DNA of 64,000 bases from an uncultured Actinomycetes bacterium (GCA_963709345.1 CAVPVX010000007.1:256001-320000), one strand, 5' to 3'. Shown: positions 40,062 through 53,644, counted from the stretch's first letter. Notes: generated by a model not told the origin, from the letters alone. A program made the numbers and translations.

Positions 40062-41630
40062 ATGGAGCACCTGGTCTACGACATCCGCAGCGGAGACTTC
40101 ACCAGCGCCGGCGCCGCGTCGCGCGACCTCAAGCAGCACCTCAAGCGCATCGGCGCGGAGAGCGACGCCGTCCGCCGCGCGATGATCGCCGCGTACGAGG
40201 CCGAGATGAACGTGGTGATCCATACCGCCGACGGCGGACGGCTCGAGGCGGCGGTCAGCGACGGCCAGCTCGACGTCGACGTCGTCGACCGCGGACCGGG
40301 CATCACCGACGTGAGCGAGGCCATGCGCGAGGGCTGGTCGACGGCCACCGCCGAAGCCCGGGCGCTCGGCTTCGGGGCGGGTATGGGTCTGCCCAACATC
40401 GAGCGCAACAGCGACCGCATGACTCTCTCGTCGGTGGTTGGAGAGGGCACGCGCGTGAGCTTCTCCGTCGCGCTCCGTCCGGAGGCCGCAGACCAGGGAG
40501 CGCGGCCGTCGTCGCTCGGCGTCGCCGCCGAACTCTGCACCGAGTGCCGGCACTGCCTGACGGCCTGTCCGACGGCCGCCATCCGCGTGCGCGAGGCGCG
40601 GCCGTCGGTCCTCGACCATCTCTGCATCGACTGCACCTGCTGCATAGCCGCCTGCGCGCCCGGCGCGCTGACGATGCTGGACGCACCCGGCGGGTTCGGC
40701 GGCGACGATGCCGTGCTGGTCGTCCCCCCCGCGCTGCTCGCCGGATTCGGCGAGCACTCGGTCGAGGCGGTCACCGAAGAGCTGCGCGGCCTCGGCTACA
40801 CCGAGGTCGTCTCGGCGCACAGCTACGAGGACGACCTCCGCCGGGCGGTGCTCGAGTTCGCCGGCGAGTGCGGCGAAGGAGCGCCCGTCATCTCCCCCGT
40901 CTGCCCCGCCGTCGTCAATCTGATCGAGGTCAAGTTCCCATCGCTCGTCGGGCACCTCGCCCCCTTGGCATCGCCCTGGGAGGCGGCGCAGGCCGACCTC
41001 TCGGGCCGCGCCGTGACCTTCGCCGTCTCATGTCCGAGCCAGCGTAGCGCGCTCCTCGCGCAGCAGCCGACCGCCCAGCGCGACACCGTGACCGTGAGCG
41101 CCGTGCGCGACGCCGTGCTGCCGCGTCTTGCGGCACGCCCCGCTCCGACCGCCTGTACCAACACCACGCGCCCGCAGGCCGCCGGCGCCGACGATCTGCT
41201 CCTCGTGACCGGCGTCTCCCATGTCCTCGCTGTGCTCGAGGCCGTGGAGGACGGTCGCCTGCCCGGCGTCACCGCCGTCGAGCCGTACATCTGCGACGGC
41301 GGCTGCTTCGGCTCGCCGCTGCTCGGCGAAGACGCCTACGTCGCCGCCTGGCGCTGGGCCGCCGTCGGCGGCGCCACGGCCGGAGACCGCGCTTGCCACC
41401 CGCGCACGCGACCGTACCGGCCCCGCCCCGGCATCCGCCTCGATGCCGACATGGCCGTCGCCATCCGCAAGCTCACGGAACTCGATGCCGAGACCCGAGC
41501 GCTGCCCGGCAAGGACTGCGGCGTCTGTGGCGCCCCCACGTGCGCCGCGCTCGCCGAAGACATCGTCATGGGGCGCGCGGTACGTGCCCTCTGCCCGTGC
41601 GTCGCCCCAGAGGAAGAGAGGCTGTCATGA
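40062..41630 (+). CDS. Anti-sigma-type Ser/Thr kinase fused to 2[4Fe-4S] + degenerate hydrogenase-like + FeS domains
   Basis: AYEAEMNVVIH, DRGPGI, GFGAGMGLPNI; CTECRHCLTAC, CIDCTCCIAAC; SPVCPAVV, ICDGGCFG; LPGKDCGVCGAPTC. Confidence 0.85.
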   Translation: MEHLVYDIRSGDFTSAGAASRDLKQHLKRIGAESDAVRRAMIAAYEAEMNVVIHTADGGRLEAAVSDGQLDVDVVDRGPGITDVSEAMREGWSTATAEARALGFGAGMGLPNIERNSDRMTLSSVVGEGTRVSFSVALRPEAADQGARPSSLGVAAELCTECRHCLTACPTAAIRVREARPSVLDHLCIDCTCCIAACAPGALTMLDAPGGFGGDDAVLVVPPALLAGFGEHSVEAVTEELRGLGYTEVVSAHSYEDDLRRAVLEFAGECGEGAPVISPVCPAVVNLIEVKFPSLVGHLAPLASPWEAAQADLSGRAVTFAVSCPSQRSALLAQQPTAQRDTVTVSAVRDAVLPRLAARPAPTACTNTTRPQAAGADDLLLVTGVSHVLAVLEAVEDGRLPGVTAVEPYICDGGCFGSPLLGEDAYVAAWRWAAVGGATAGDRACHPRTRPYRPRPGIRLDADMAVAIRKLTELDAETRALPGKDCGVCGAPTCAALAEDIVMGRAVRALCPCVAPEEERLS

Positions 41631-41980
41631 AGCTCGACGACATTGCCAGCGAGCTCGGATTCACCGAGCTCACACCCGACGCGGCCGGCAACCGGGAGAC
41701 CGAGATCGACCACGGGTACGCCTCCGACCTGCTCAGCGATGTGCTGGCGCACGCGCCGGAGGACGGGCTGCTCGTCACCCTGCAGGTCCACCTGAACGTC
41801 ATCGCGGTCGCCAGCCACGCCGAACTCGCCGCCGTGGTCTTCGCCGGCGGTCGCAGGCCCGACGACAACGTGCTCGCGAAGGCTGTCGCGGAGGGCCTCT
41901 CCCTGTATTCGTCGCCGGCTGACACCTTCGACATCGTCGGCCGCCTCTACGCCCTCGGGGTGAAAGGGACTCATGCGTGA
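41627..41980 (+). CDS. DRTGG-domain protein
   Basis: GYASDLLSDVLA..VTLQVHLNVIAVA. Confidence 0.85.
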   Translation: MKLDDIASELGFTELTPDAAGNRETEIDHGYASDLLSDVLAHAPEDGLLVTLQVHLNVIAVASHAELAAVVFAGGRRPDDNVLAKAVAEGLSLYSSPADTFDIVGRLYALGVKGTHA

Positions 41981-42717
41981 ACGTCTGCACTGCAGACCTG
42001 CACGTCCACACGGCGCTGTCACCGTGCGCCGCGAACGACATGACGCCGCCGGCCATCGTCGCCACGGCGATCGCTGAAGGCCTGGACATGATCGCCATCT
42101 GCGACCACAACAGCGCGCGCAACGCCGGGGCCGTACAGGAAGCCGCCGGCGAGCGCCTCGCCGTACTCGCGGGCATGGAGATCACCTCGGCGGAGGAGTG
42201 CCACGTGGTCGGCCTCTTCCCTTCCGCCGCCGCCGCCGAGGCCGCCGCGGCCGAGGTGGGCGCCGGGCTGGCGCCGGCCGACGACGGGTACGAGACGTTC
42301 TTCGGCGAGCAGTTCGTCGTCGACGCCGGCGGCAGGGAGACCGGGCGCGAACACCTCGCCCTGGCCACGGCGACCTCACTCGACGTCGACGCCGTCGTCG
42401 ACCTCGTGCACCGGCACGGCGGCCTCGCCATGGCAGCGCACATCGACCGCAAGAGCTTCGGCGTGATCGGCCAGCTCGGGTTCTTCCCGGCCGAAGCGGG
42501 CTTCGATGCGGTCGAGCTTTCACGCCACATCACGCCGGGCTCCGGGCGCGAGGCCGAGTTCGCGGTCCACGGGCTGCCCGTGCTGCACTCATCGGATGCG
42601 CACTATCGCGACGACATCGGCGCGGTGTGCACGACCATCCACTGCGAGCGGGCAAGCTTCGACGAACTGGCCCTGGCCCTGTGCGGTCGCGACGGACGGA
42701 GCGTGGGCGATGCATGA
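41977..42717 (+). CDS. PHP-domain phosphoesterase
   Basis: DLHVHTALSPC, ICDHN, GMEI, AHIDR, SSDAH. Confidence 0.9.
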   Translation: MNVCTADLHVHTALSPCAANDMTPPAIVATAIAEGLDMIAICDHNSARNAGAVQEAAGERLAVLAGMEITSAEECHVVGLFPSAAAAEAAAAEVGAGLAPADDGYETFFGEQFVVDAGGRETGREHLALATATSLDVDAVVDLVHRHGGLAMAAHIDRKSFGVIGQLGFFPAEAGFDAVELSRHITPGSGREAEFAVHGLPVLHSSDAHYRDDIGAVCTTIHCERASFDELALALCGRDGRSVGDA

Positions 42718-43204
42718 CCTCTCGCTCTACCTCCTCGACATCCTCGAGAACTCCGTGCGCGCGGGGGCCACGGTGATCGCGACGGGTATCGCCGCCGACC
42801 GCGGCAACGACGAGCTCTCGATCAGCGTCGAGGATGACGGCCCGGGCCTGCCGGTCGAGCCGGAGCAGGCCCTCGACCCCTTCTTCACGACCAAGACGAA
42901 CAAGAGGACCGGCCTCGGCCTCAGTCTCTTCCGCCAGGCGGCGGAAGGCGCCGGCGGCGGGCTGAGCGTCGGCCGCTCCGATGAACTCGGCGGCGTCTCG
43001 GTCCGCGTCTGGATGCGGCTGGACGACGTCGACCGTCCACCGCTCGGCGACGTCGCCGCCACGATCGCCACCATGGTCGTCACCAACCCCGGCATCGAGT
43101 TCCGCGTCGACCTTGCCGACGGCGATGCACACCGCTCACTGCGCGGACCCGAAGTGCCCCAGGGCCTCCCGGCGCTCGTCGCCTTTCAGGAGGCCACCCG
43201 TTGA
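42710..43204 (+). CDS. Stand-alone HATPase_c (histidine kinase-like ATPase)
   Basis: DILENSVRAGA, DDGPG, DPFFTTK, GLGLSL, DRPPLGD. Confidence 0.85.
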   Translation: MHDLSLYLLDILENSVRAGATVIATGIAADRGNDELSISVEDDGPGLPVEPEQALDPFFTTKTNKRTGLGLSLFRQAAEGAGGGLSVGRSDELGGVSVRVWMRLDDVDRPPLGDVAATIATMVVTNPGIEFRVDLADGDAHRSLRGPEVPQGLPALVAFQEATR

Positions 43205-43318
43205 CCAGCGAGCCCAACGGAAGGCGGTGGTAGCACCGTCTACGAGGCGGGCCTACGGCCCGAGACCAGGACCTCATCTGCGAAGCGATCGCAGTGGAAC
43301 CAAGCGAAGGAGAGGCGA

Positions 43319-43861
43319 ATGAGTGAAGAAGTGAGGCCGTGCGCCTGCTGTGACTGCGACGAGGAACCGACCGAGGAAGAACTCCTCGAGCGGCTCGACG
43401 CCGTCATCGCCGAGTACAAGGGCAAGCCGGGCGCCCTGATCCCGGTGCTGCAGCTGGCCCAGGGCATCTTCGGCTACCTGCCCGAGGTCGCGCTGAAGCA
43501 TGTCGCGCGCGAACTGCGCAAGCCGTACAGCGAGGTCGCCGGCGTGGTCGGCTTCTACTCGTTCTTCACCACCGTGCCGCGCGGCAAGCACCTGATCCGC
43601 ATCTGCATGGGCACCGCCTGCTACGTGCGCGGCGGCGTCGCGGTGCTCGACGCGTTCAAGAAGGGGCTCGGCATCGACATCGGCGGCACCACCGAGGATC
43701 GCCTCTTCTCGCTGGAGATCGGCCGCTGCTTCGGCGCCTGCGGTCTCGCCCCCGTCATCATGATCGACGACGACGTCCACCACCGCGTCAAGCCGAAGCG
43801 CGTCGGCGAGATCCTCGCCCAGTACGCCGAGGAACCCGTCCTGGCCGAGAGGAGTGCCTGA
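43319..43861 (+). CDS. hydC: NuoE-like [2Fe-2S] hydrogenase subunit
   Basis: LIPVLQLAQ, FYSFF, CMGTAC, CFGACGLAP. Confidence 0.92.
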   Translation: MSEEVRPCACCDCDEEPTEEELLERLDAVIAEYKGKPGALIPVLQLAQGIFGYLPEVALKHVARELRKPYSEVAGVVGFYSFFTTVPRGKHLIRICMGTACYVRGGVAVLDAFKKGLGIDIGGTTEDRLFSLEIGRCFGACGLAPVIMIDDDVHHRVKPKRVGEILAQYAEEPVLAERSA

Positions 43862-43862
43862 C

Positions 43863-44234
43863 ATGGCCGACAAGATCACCAGCCCCGACCAGCTCAAGTC
43901 GCTGGCCGCGAAGGCCAAGACCGACATCGACCTGCGTGAAGGCCGCAAGGAGACGCAGGTGACCGTGCACATGGGCACCTGCGGCATCGCCGCCGGCGCC
44001 CGCGAGATCGTCGCCGCGTTCATGACCGAGCTCGCCGCCGCTGGCGTCACCTCGGCCAGCCTGCACCAGTCCGGCTGCGCCGGACTCTGCGAAGAAGAGC
44101 CGATGGCGACCATCACCCTGGCCGACGGCACGATGTACCGCTACGGCCTGCTCGACAAGGCGAAGGTCCACACCATCGTGGAAGACCATCTCGTCGGCGG
44201 CACCCCCGTCGACGCGTACCTGATCAAGACCTGA
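43863..44234 (+). CDS. hydD: Thioredoxin-like [2Fe-2S] ferredoxin subunit
   Basis: MGTCGIAAGA, GCAGLCEEEP. Confidence 0.85.
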   Translation: MADKITSPDQLKSLAAKAKTDIDLREGRKETQVTVHMGTCGIAAGAREIVAAFMTELAAAGVTSASLHQSGCAGLCEEEPMATITLADGTMYRYGLLDKAKVHTIVEDHLVGGTPVDAYLIKT

Positions 44235-44251
44235 GAGCGAGTGAACTGACT

Positions 44252-47305
<3,054 letters not shown>

Positions 47306-47322
47306 GCAAGGAGAGCACCAGG

Positions 47323-49098
47323 ATGCCAACCCTGACCATTGACGACACCAAGGTCGAGGTGCCGGAGGGCACCACGGTCCTTCAGGCCGCCCGCCAGGCC
47401 GGCGTGAAGATCCCCACCCTCTGCTACCTCGAAGACGTCCAGTCCATCGGCGCCTGCCGCGTCTGCCTCGTCGAGGTGGAGGGCGCCCGCACGCTGGTCG
47501 CCTCGTGCAGCCAGCCGGCCTCCGACGGCATGGTCGTCAGGACCAACACCGGCAAGGTGCGCGACGGCCGCAAGATGGTCGTCGAGCTGATCCTCTCGGA
47601 GCACGACGGCGACTGCAAGACCTGCGGCCGGTCCGCCGACTGCGAGCTGCGCACGCTCGCCGACGAGCTGGGCATCGGCGACCTGCGCTACGAAGGCGAG
47701 AAGACCTTCAGGATGATCGACGAGAGCACCCCGGCGCTGATCCGTGACACCGGCAAGTGCATCAGTTGCCGGCGCTGCGTGACGGTCTGCAACGAGATCC
47801 AGGAAGTGGGCGGCCTGTTCGCCCAGGGCCGCGGCTTCGCCACGCTCATCGGCCCGGCCTTCGCGCAGAACCTGAGCGACGTCGTCTGCGTGCAGTGCGG
47901 CCAGTGCGCCGCCGTGTGCCCCGTCGGCGCCATCCAGGAGCGCAACGAGATCGACCGGGTCTGGGACGCCCTCGAGGACCCGACCAAGACCGTCATCGTG
48001 CAGACCGCGCCGGCGATCCGCGCCGCGCTCGGCGAGTGCTTCGACTACCCGGCCGGCACCCTGGTGACCGGCAAGATGGTCGCCGCCCTGCGCCGACTCG
48101 GCTTCGACGCCGTCTTCGACACCGACTTCACCGCCGACCTCACGATCATGGAGGAAGGCACGGAGCTGCTCGTGCGCCTGAAGAAGGCACTGGTCGACGG
48201 CGAGTCCGTCGCCCTGCCGCAGTTCTCCAGCTGCTCGCCGGGCTGGATCAACTACATGGAGCATTTCAATCCCGAGATGCTCGACAACCTGAGCACGTGC
48301 AAGAGCCCACAGCAGATGTTCGGCGCGGTCGCCAAGACCTACTACGCAGAGAAGATCGGCGTGAAGCCGGAGGACATGGTCGTCGTCTCGATCATGCCCT
48401 GCACGGCCAAGAAGTTCGAGGCCGCGCGCCCGGAGATGAACGACAGCGGCGTGCAGGACGTCGACATCGTGCTCACCACGCGCGAACTCGGCGCCTTCAT
48501 CAAGCAGGCCGGCATCGACTTCCGCAGCCTGCCCGACGAGGAGATGGACGCGCCGCTGGGCATGAGCACCGGCGCCGCCGACATCTTCGCCAACACCGGC
48601 GGCGTCATGGAGGCGGCACTGCGCACGGCGTGGGCGATCGTCACCGACTCCGAACCATTCCCGTTCCCGAACCTGCACGTCGAGCCGATCGAGGGCCTCG
48701 ACGGCGTCAAGACCGCGACCGTCAAGGTCACCGGCGCCAAGGGCGACTGGGCGTTCCTCGAGGGCGCCGACCTCAAGGTCGCCGTGGCTCACGGCCTCGG
48801 CAACGCGCAGAAGGTCATCGACCAGATCAAGAGCGGCGAAGCTGAGTACCACTTCGTCGAGGTCATGACCTGCCCCGGCGGCTGCATCGGCGGCGGCGGG
48901 CAGCCCCGCCTCACCACCAACGCCGTGCGTGAGGCGCGCATCGCCGCCATCTACCGCGAGGACGAGGGCCGCGAGCTGCGCCAGTCGCACGAGAACCCCG
49001 CCGTCTGCGAGCTCTACGAGGAGTACCTCGGGGCGCCCTGCGGCGAGATCTCGCACCACCTCCTGCACACCCACTACTTCGAGCACGACCGCGTCTGA
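47323..49098 (+). CDS. hydA: [FeFe]-hydrogenase catalytic subunit 1 (group A)
   Basis: [2Fe-2S], His-ligated and 2[4Fe-4S] motifs; H-cluster motifs SSCSPGW, MPCTAKKFE, EVMTCPGGCIGGGGQP. Confidence 0.96.
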   Translation: MPTLTIDDTKVEVPEGTTVLQAARQAGVKIPTLCYLEDVQSIGACRVCLVEVEGARTLVASCSQPASDGMVVRTNTGKVRDGRKMVVELILSEHDGDCKTCGRSADCELRTLADELGIGDLRYEGEKTFRMIDESTPALIRDTGKCISCRRCVTVCNEIQEVGGLFAQGRGFATLIGPAFAQNLSDVVCVQCGQCAAVCPVGAIQERNEIDRVWDALEDPTKTVIVQTAPAIRAALGECFDYPAGTLVTGKMVAALRRLGFDAVFDTDFTADLTIMEEGTELLVRLKKALVDGESVALPQFSSCSPGWINYMEHFNPEMLDNLSTCKSPQQMFGAVAKTYYAEKIGVKPEDMVVVSIMPCTAKKFEAARPEMNDSGVQDVDIVLTTRELGAFIKQAGIDFRSLPDEEMDAPLGMSTGAADIFANTGGVMEAALRTAWAIVTDSEPFPFPNLHVEPIEGLDGVKTATVKVTGAKGDWAFLEGADLKVAVAHGLGNAQKVIDQIKSGEAEYHFVEVMTCPGGCIGGGGQPRLTTNAVREARIAAIYREDEGRELRQSHENPAVCELYEEYLGAPCGEISHHLLHTHYFEHDRV

Positions 49099-49147
49099 GA
49101 CACGGATGACGCGGCGTGGACGACGAGGCGGGCTTCACGGCCCGCAG

Positions 49148-49182
49148 CGGAGGCGGCCCCGGGCATCCCGGGGCCGCCTCCG
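49148..49182 (+). terminator. Hairpin after hydA1
   Basis: cggaggcggccccggg-cat-cccggggccgcctccg. Confidence 0.7.
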
Positions 49183-49234
49183 GGGGCGCGCAGCCGGAGA
49201 GACGACCGGCGAGCGGCTATACTGAAGGCAGACC

Positions 49235-49642
49235 ATGAGCGCAGAGCAAGCCCTGATACTGATCGTCGACGACGACTACGACTTCCTCGAGATCAACCGC
49301 ATCATCCTCGAGGGGGCGGGTCACCGCGTCGTCACCGCCACGAACCCGGCGGAGGCCCATGAGCGCATCGAAGCCGAGGCTCCGGACCTCGTGATCACCG
49401 ACCTCATGATGACCAGCATCGACGCCGGCTTCGCCTTCGCGGCGCAGCTCAAGAACGACCCTCGCACCGCCGCTGTGCCGATCATCATCAGCACCTCCGT
49501 CAGCAGCCAACTCGGGCTCAACTTCCGTCCCGACTCCGACGAGGACCTCGCGAAGATGAACGTCGACGCCTACTTCGACAAACCCATCGACGCCCAGGCG
49601 CTCGTCGCCAAGGTCGCCGAGCTTCTCGGCCGCGCCGGCTGA
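49235..49642 (+). CDS. Stand-alone response regulator receiver
   Basis: ILIVDDD, PDLVITDLMM, FDKP; TATACT -10-like box at 49218. Confidence 0.9.
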   Translation: MSAEQALILIVDDDYDFLEINRIILEGAGHRVVTATNPAEAHERIEAEAPDLVITDLMMTSIDAGFAFAAQLKNDPRTAAVPIIISTSVSSQLGLNFRPDSDEDLAKMNVDAYFDKPIDAQALVAKVAELLGRAG

Positions 49643-49664
49643 CGCGCGCAGCCACGGTCACGCA

Positions 49665-51719
49665 ATGAACGAAGACCAAGTCCCCTACCTCCAACTCGTC
49701 ACCACCATCGGCGAGAAGTGCCGCGGCTGCTACACCTGCGTGCGGGAGTGCCCGGCCAAGGCGATCCAGATCCTCGACGGCCAGGCGAGCGTCATCCAGA
49801 CGCGCTGCATCGGATGCGGCAACTGCGTGACCGTCTGCAGCCAGAACGCGAAAGAGGTGCTCAGCGGCATCGAGACGACCGAGGGACTCCTCGCTGGGCC
49901 GTTGCCCGTAGCGGCGATCGTCGCTCCGAGCTACTCGGCCGAGTTCACGGAATGCGACACGGCCGCCCTGGTCGGCGCACTGCGCGACCTCGGCTTCGAC
50001 TACGTCCACGAAGTCAGCTTCGGGGCCGACCTGGTCGCCGCCGAATACGCGCGCCTCCTGGCGCAGGACGACGGACGCTACGTGGCGACGTCGTGCCCCG
50101 CGGTCGTGAGCTACACCCGCAAGTACCATCCCGACCTGTTGGACCACCTCGCCCCCATCGTCTCGCCGATGCTCGCCATTGCCCGCGTTCTCCGCAAGAA
50201 GTATGGGCCCGACATGAAGATCGTCTTCATCGGGCCCTGCATCGCCAAGAAGGGCGAGGCTCGCTACGCACAGTTCGCGGGAGAGGTCGAGGAGGCACTC
50301 ACCTACGTCGAGCTTCGCACGATGTTCGCTGCCCACGGCGTCAGCCTGCTTGGGCGCGACGGCGCGGACTGCGACTTCGACCCCCCACACGGCAGCCTCG
50401 GCGCCCTCTTCCCCATCAGCCGCGGGCTGCTGCAGGCGGCCGATCTCTCTGAGGATCTGCTGACCGGAGACATCGTCAGCGCCGACGGCCGCCAGAACCT
50501 CGTCGAGGCCATCTCGGACTTCGAATCCGGCGAGACGGACGCCCGTCTGCTCGACATCCTGTGCTGCGAGGGCTGCATCATGGGCGCCGGCTTCAGCACC
50601 GAAGACCCCATCTTCAAGCGCCGCTCCGACGTGAGCGCCGAGACGCGGGCCCGCCAGGTGGGCTTCGACGGGGCCGCCTGGGAAGCGGCGACGGCCGAGT
50701 ACGCCGACGTCGACCTGTCACGCGACTTCGCGCCCTTCGACCAGCGCTTCGACGACATGCCGACGCCCGATGAGGTCAGCGAGCTCCTCGCGCGCATGAA
50801 CAAGTTCGCCCCCGAGGACGAGCTCAACTGCGGCGCCTGCGGCTACGAGAGCTGCCGCGACCACGCGGTGGCGATCTGGCAGGGGCTCGCCGAAGTCGAG
50901 ATGTGCCTGCCGTACTCCGTCGAGGAGTTGCACAAGACGGTCAGCGAACTGCAGGAGTCGCATCTCTCTCTCGAGACCACCAAGGAGGCCCTCGTCAAGA
51001 GCGAGAAGCTCGCCAGCATGGGCCAGTTGGCAGCCGGCATCGCGCATGAGGTGAACAACCCGCTCGGCATCCTCCTGCTTCACGCCAACCTGCTGCTCGA
51101 GGATTGCGAGGATGATCAGGCGGTGACCGAGGACGTCAAGCTCATCGTCAACCAGGCGAACCGCTGCAAGAAGATCATTTCGGGCCTGCTCAACTTCGCC
51201 CGGCAGAGCCGCGTGGTGCGCCAGCCGACTGACGTCACCGACCTGGTCGCCGAGGTGCTGCGCACGAGCCCGATCGAGGACGGCGTCTCGATCGAGGTCG
51301 TCGACCACCTGGACGACGCGGTCGCCGAGCTCGACGGCGATCAGGTCGTCCAGGTGCTCACCAACCTGCTCACCAACGCCCAGCACGCGATGCCGGAAGG
51401 CGGCACGATCTTGGTGACGCTGGACGGCACGGAAGAGAACGTCGTCGTCTCGGTCAAGGACGAGGGCACGGGCATCGCCAAGGAGCACCTCGACAAGCTG
51501 TTCAGCCCCTTCTTCACGACCAAGCAGGTCGGCAAGGGCACCGGCCTCGGGTTGGCGGTCACCCACGGCATCGTGAAGATGCACCGCGGCCAGATCACCG
51601 TCGAGTCGAACCCCGACCCGGCCGCCGGGCCCACCGGGACCACATTCACCATCGTACTGCCGCGTTACGAGACCGAGACCACCGCCCCCGCCAGCTTGCA
51701 GGAGATCACGGAGGCCTGA
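49665..51719 (+). CDS. Sensory [FeFe]-hydrogenase-like (group C type) domain fused to histidine kinase
   Basis: 2[4Fe-4S]; ATSCPAVV, GPCIAKKGE, ILCCEGCIMG; NCGACGYESC; AHEVNNPL, TNLLTNA, DEGTG, GTGLGL. Confidence 0.9.
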   Translation: MNEDQVPYLQLVTTIGEKCRGCYTCVRECPAKAIQILDGQASVIQTRCIGCGNCVTVCSQNAKEVLSGIETTEGLLAGPLPVAAIVAPSYSAEFTECDTAALVGALRDLGFDYVHEVSFGADLVAAEYARLLAQDDGRYVATSCPAVVSYTRKYHPDLLDHLAPIVSPMLAIARVLRKKYGPDMKIVFIGPCIAKKGEARYAQFAGEVEEALTYVELRTMFAAHGVSLLGRDGADCDFDPPHGSLGALFPISRGLLQAADLSEDLLTGDIVSADGRQNLVEAISDFESGETDARLLDILCCEGCIMGAGFSTEDPIFKRRSDVSAETRARQVGFDGAAWEAATAEYADVDLSRDFAPFDQRFDDMPTPDEVSELLARMNKFAPEDELNCGACGYESCRDHAVAIWQGLAEVEMCLPYSVEELHKTVSELQESHLSLETTKEALVKSEKLASMGQLAAGIAHEVNNPLGILLLHANLLLEDCEDDQAVTEDVKLIVNQANRCKKIISGLLNFARQSRVVRQPTDVTDLVAEVLRTSPIEDGVSIEVVDHLDDAVAELDGDQVVQVLTNLLTNAQHAMPEGGTILVTLDGTEENVVVSVKDEGTGIAKEHLDKLFSPFFTTKQVGKGTGLGLAVTHGIVKMHRGQITVESNPDPAAGPTGTTFTIVLPRYETETTAPASLQEITEA

Positions 51720-51722
51720 GCG

Positions 51723-52940
51723 ATGACCGTCGAGCCGACAGCACGTGAAAGCCTCATGGACCCGCAGCAGGTCACCCTCCGGGTGGTGATGGTCGACGAC
51801 GAGGAGGCCCTCTGCCTCGGCGTGCGGCGCATCATCCAGAAGTACAAGGTCCACGTCCCGGACGTCCTCGTCGACGCCGACTACGGGTTCCGCTACTTCA
51901 CGAGCGGCGAGGACTACCTCTCGTACCTGAACGACGGCGGCGCCGTCGACCTGCTGCTCCTCGACCTCAAGCTCCCCGGCGTCGGCGGCATGGACGTCCT
52001 CGACGCCATGAGCGCCCAAGGCCGCGAGGTGCTCACGATCATGATCACCGCCTACGCGACCTTCGAGACCGCCGTCAAGGCGACCAAGCTCGGCGCCTAT
52101 GACTTCCTCGCCAAGCCGTTCACACCCGACGAGCTACGCTACGCGCTGCGCAAGGCGACCAGCCAGCTCATCCTGAGCAAACAGGCGCTCAAACTGGCGG
52201 AGGAGAAGCGCGAGATCCGCTTCAACTTCATCTCGGTCCTGGCGCACGAGCTCAAGGCGCCGCTGAACGCGGTGGAGGGCTACCTCAACATCCTGCGCAC
52301 CACCGAGGCCGACCAGAACCTCCAGATGGTCGAGCGCAGCATCGTGCGTGTCGACGGCATGAAGAAGCTCATCATGGACCTCCTCGACCTCACCCGCATC
52401 GAGTCGGGCCAGCGCGAGCGCCAGATCAAGCGGCTCGACCTGCACGAGCTGGCCAAGGCGTCGATGGAGCTGTTCGCGGTCGACGCCGAGCGCCGCGGCA
52501 TCACCGTCAAGCTCGAAGGCGAGGGTGTCGAGCTCATGGCCGACCCCGGCGAGGCTGAGATCGTCCTCAACAACCTCATCTCCAACGCGGTCAAGTACAA
52601 CCGTGACGAAGGTGAAGTGACCGTGCGGCTCAGTCGCAAAGGCGACGCCGTCTCGATCGCCGTCACCGACACCGGCATCGGCCTCACAGCGGAAGAGGCC
52701 GGCAAGCTCTTCAGCGAGTTCACGCGCATCAAGAACGAGCAGACGGTGAAGATCCTTGGCAGTGGCCTCGGCCTCAGCACGGTGCGCAAGATCGCCAACA
52801 TGTACGACGGCGAAGCGCGCGTACAGAGCGAGCAAGGCGTGGGCAGCACCTTCACGGTAACGCTCCACGACGCGCCGCCCGCCGGCGGCGCGGCGCCCAC
52901 CGACGACGCGGCCCTGACGGCCGCGGCGCCGTCCGCCTGA
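51723..52940 (+). CDS. Hybrid receiver-histidine kinase
   Basis: VDDEE, LLDLKLP, AKPF; AHELKAPL, NNLISNAVKY, DTGIG, GSGLGL. Confidence 0.92.
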   Translation: MTVEPTARESLMDPQQVTLRVVMVDDEEALCLGVRRIIQKYKVHVPDVLVDADYGFRYFTSGEDYLSYLNDGGAVDLLLLDLKLPGVGGMDVLDAMSAQGREVLTIMITAYATFETAVKATKLGAYDFLAKPFTPDELRYALRKATSQLILSKQALKLAEEKREIRFNFISVLAHELKAPLNAVEGYLNILRTTEADQNLQMVERSIVRVDGMKKLIMDLLDLTRIESGQRERQIKRLDLHELAKASMELFAVDAERRGITVKLEGEGVELMADPGEAEIVLNNLISNAVKYNRDEGEVTVRLSRKGDAVSIAVTDTGIGLTAEEAGKLFSEFTRIKNEQTVKILGSGLGLSTVRKIANMYDGEARVQSEQGVGSTFTVTLHDAPPAGGAAPTDDAALTAAAPSA

Positions 52941-53022
52941 CGTCGCCGATACGCTCGCGACGCGTCTCCGGCGCCCGGCTTGCCCAAGCCCCCGGGTGGT
53001 GTGCGATACTAACGTCACGTGC

Positions 53023-53040
53023 TCGTGACCCCTTGCACAA
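53023..53040. promoter_or_regulatory. Candidate Rex operator 2
   Basis: TCGTGAC-CCCT-TGCACAA; same left arm as operator 1; upstream of the second hydrogenase operon. Confidence 0.6.
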
Positions 53041-53258
53041 GCGGCCGCGATGCGTTAGAAACGCCGAGTAGCTGAGGCCAGGTCGAACGGGGATTCTGTG
53101 AAGTGAACGGCCAGCACTTATCGTCGTATCCCTTGCGCGCTCTCGCCGTGACGGCGCCTGCCGTCATGCCCGGGTCCGCGATACGGAGACGGCGATGACT
53201 GGCTGTGTGGGCGTGCCATCCGGCGACGCCAGGGGAACGGTAACCGACAGAGGAGTAC

Positions 53259-53633
53259 GTGGTGCCCAAGATCCTTATCGTTGACGACGACCCGGACATC
53301 GTCGATGCCGGCAGACTGGTCCTCGAACGCGAGGGCTACGAGGTCGTAGGCGCGCCCAACCGCGCCGACGGCATGAAGCAACTCGAGGAGAGCAAGCCCG
53401 ACCTCCTCATCCTGGACGTGATGATGGAGGAGCCGGACGACGGCCTCCGCATGGCGCGCGAGATCCGCAAGAGCGGCAACAACGTGCCGATCATCATGCT
53501 CACCAGCGTCAACGCCGCCATGGGCCTCAACATCGACAAGGACGGCGAGATCGTCCCGGTCGACGAGTTCCAGCCCAAGCCGGTGGAGCCACAGACGCTG
53601 GTCGCCAAAGTCAAGAAGCTCCTCGAGCAGTGA
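53259..53633 (+). CDS. Stand-alone response regulator receiver
   Basis: ILIVDDD, PDLLILDVMM, QPKP; RBS gaggag. Confidence 0.9.
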   Translation: MVPKILIVDDDPDIVDAGRLVLEREGYEVVGAPNRADGMKQLEESKPDLLILDVMMEEPDDGLRMAREIRKSGNNVPIIMLTSVNAAMGLNIDKDGEIVPVDEFQPKPVEPQTLVAKVKKLLEQ

Positions 53634-53644
53634 GAGGACGAGAG

